Of a DNA stretch of 64,000 nt, positions 61,926-64,000 are shown piece by piece. How positions within the stretch are numbered: position 1 is the first letter of the stretch; each line of letters starts with the position of its first letter. The notes below the pieces were generated by a model. The model was given only the letters and a program-made list of their open reading frames with translations, was not told the origin of the DNA and made no database searches. The position numbers and the translations under genes were made by a program. Origin of the DNA: Lama glama (lineage: Eukaryota); NCBI GenBank assembly GCA_028534125.1, contig CM052816.1:93250001-93314000 (forward strand). Reading direction: 5' to 3'.

Positions 61926-64000
61926 TTCATGAAATGACACAACCAGGATGCTGAGCTCCTGTGGGCAAGCCAACTGAGTGTTGTATTAGATGAGGCTGTT
62001 TGATGTTCTCACTGCCCAGAATTGTGGTTGTGTTGATGTCTTAGAGCTGTGAGAGGCTTCCCTGCAGATTATCAACCTCCCATGTCTACCAAGAACTCAT
62101 TTCTTAAAATGTCAACCTTATTTTGGCCTCTGTATCTAAAATACCTTGAATATTTCTTCATCTCTATAGAGCCTATGCTGGCAAATTTTGTGCCAGTTAT
62201 GGGGCATCCTTGTGGTCCTGTCAGTGGCAGCAGTGTTTGTAGGATCAGTACGGTCCTGTAGAAAATCCCCAGGCCTGGGTTTGAATCCTGGTTTCAGTCT
62301 TTTCCCCATGCCATAGAAGGCTCACTGTGACTATGAAGTGAGGGATCAAGATAGATATAAAACTCCAAAGAAAATTTCTGGCTGTAGAGAAAACAATTTT
62401 AAAGAAATATATAGGAATCAGTTTTACAAATCACCAAACTCATCACCTGTAAGAAGGACAGAAATGTTCAGAAAAGGGAGAGAGATTTGAGAGAAAGATG
62501 GCTTTTGAAAGAGTTCTTGGAATTTTGTGAGTCTAATTCCCCTTCCACAAGATGCTAATGAGATCATCTGGGGCTTTAACAAGACCATTTGAATAGCATG
62601 AAGTATGGGCACAGTGGCCTCAGATGATCTCTCGCTTGTCAAATCTCTTGCCCCAGAGAGTATGGCTGGTAGAGTGTTCTGAGGGCTGCACTGAAGGAAC
62701 AGGGGCTGCCTTGGGTCCTGCATGGGTGGGTCTTTCCTGCGGACCTAGAGTCATGCTTTCCCTGAGAGGACCTCCTTGAAGGGTGGTGGGACTCCAGGGG
62801 AAAGAGCATTTCTGTGGAGTGAGCCAGGAAGGAGAAATTCTCCTCTGGCAGGGTCTCGGAAACTGTCGCCTTCTCTTCCACTGGCCAAGGGATGACAGCA
62901 AGCAGTGAGAGTAAACAGGTGATACAATAGCAGACCTTCAACAAAAGCCGTGATTAGACGCCAAATATTTGTCCCCACCTTTCTCCCAACCTTCTCGCAT
63001 GGTTCAGAACCACAGGGACTCAAATAAAACTGTTCATTTGAAGCATAGGTCCTGTTGTTTTCTTACCACTTGTTGACTAATGTGCTCTTTCTGTGAGAAA
63101 GGGGTATATACGCAGCTCTCTTTTGAGATTGCACCTGTGTTGGGTGCAGAAATCTGAGCAGTCCCCACAGTAGGATTTTCAAGGGTTACAGAACTGTTGT
63201 CCATTTTACTGGGTAAAGGAGACCTCTGAGCCCTCAGTGGTTATGGATGGGGATTCAGCACGAGATGATTTAGGGAATACAGCTGATACTTCTGCTCCTG
63301 TCACGCGGTGCTAGGCAGAGTCCTGTCACCTTGGGTCAAAATAAAAATGACACACAGCCCCATCTGTATCAGAATCTGGAATAACAGGCAAATGAAAAGA
63401 AAAGCCACCAATCAACTTGACTCCCCCGTGTCTACAGGGCTTCAATTTGGACTTTTAGTACCTCAGTCTTACGTATAAAGAGACAACTTGGGCCACCATA
63501 CAAGTGAGGAAATATTGCAACATTTCTAGTGGCAGAACAGCCCCTGCTTTAGGTCTCAGCAGGGGCCAATTTCTGTAGCGCAAATGCTCAGGAACTCGGG
63601 CAGAGAAGTCAAGTCTGCATATGTCATCTCTTTTCAGATGTTTTTGTCTAATCCTGAAAACTTACTTTCACCAGAAATTAGGCAGGATTGTTGAAAAGCC
63701 CACATAGGATGATAAACAACATAGCAGATTTATCCATCATTCTTTTTCTTTATAAATTATTTATTATTTGATTTTTTAATTAAAAAGTCTGTTGCTGTAG
63801 TATGAGTGTAAAGATTCATTGGTCAAGCAGGACTAGAAGACATTTAATGATGAACAGCTATCCCTTGCCCTACTCTTTCTGACCCCTGAGTTCCCCTCCA
63901 AAGAGCAAATCATTTCTAAACAAATCCTGCTTTATTCCCCCAATGTTTATTCCTGTGTTCCTAAAGAAAATGTGTATGCCTGCTGTCCCCCTGTTTATCC

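Noticed and set aside
1..64000. CRISPR arrays, operons, defence systems or another novel multi-gene system
   Set aside because: The sequence is mammalian, and I found no repeat-spacer arrays or credible coding regions beyond DNAH5 and L1 remnants.

Overview
Eutherian mammalian genomic DNA, most likely a camelid: it carries a tRNA-Ala(AGC)-derived SINE resembling camelid Vic-1 and artiodactyl-type L1 3' ends. The first ~11 kb hold the last three coding exons of the axonemal outer-arm dynein heavy chain gene DNAH5 on the + strand (1268-1420, 1836-2067, 8960-9111, ending ...GVALLCDVK*) and its 3' UTR. A 500-N assembly gap lies in the last intron. The remaining ~53 kb appear intergenic and are filled with repeats: L1, L2, MIR, MaLR/ERV solo LTRs, hAT and Tigger DNA transposon fossils, and microsatellites. 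I found no evidence of a novel multi-gene system, and the other short ORFs look like chance or repeat-derived ORFs. Points worth checking are a GAGTAG tandem acceptor whose upstream AG would insert an in-frame stop in DNAH5, a SINE copy with extra sequence inside its TSDs, a CpG-rich promoter-like patch with a splice donor, nested LTR-in-L1 insertions with intact TSDs, and a candidate orphan terminal exon. Repeat family names come from recalled consensus sequences, not from a database search. Repeat boundaries without TSDs are approximate.
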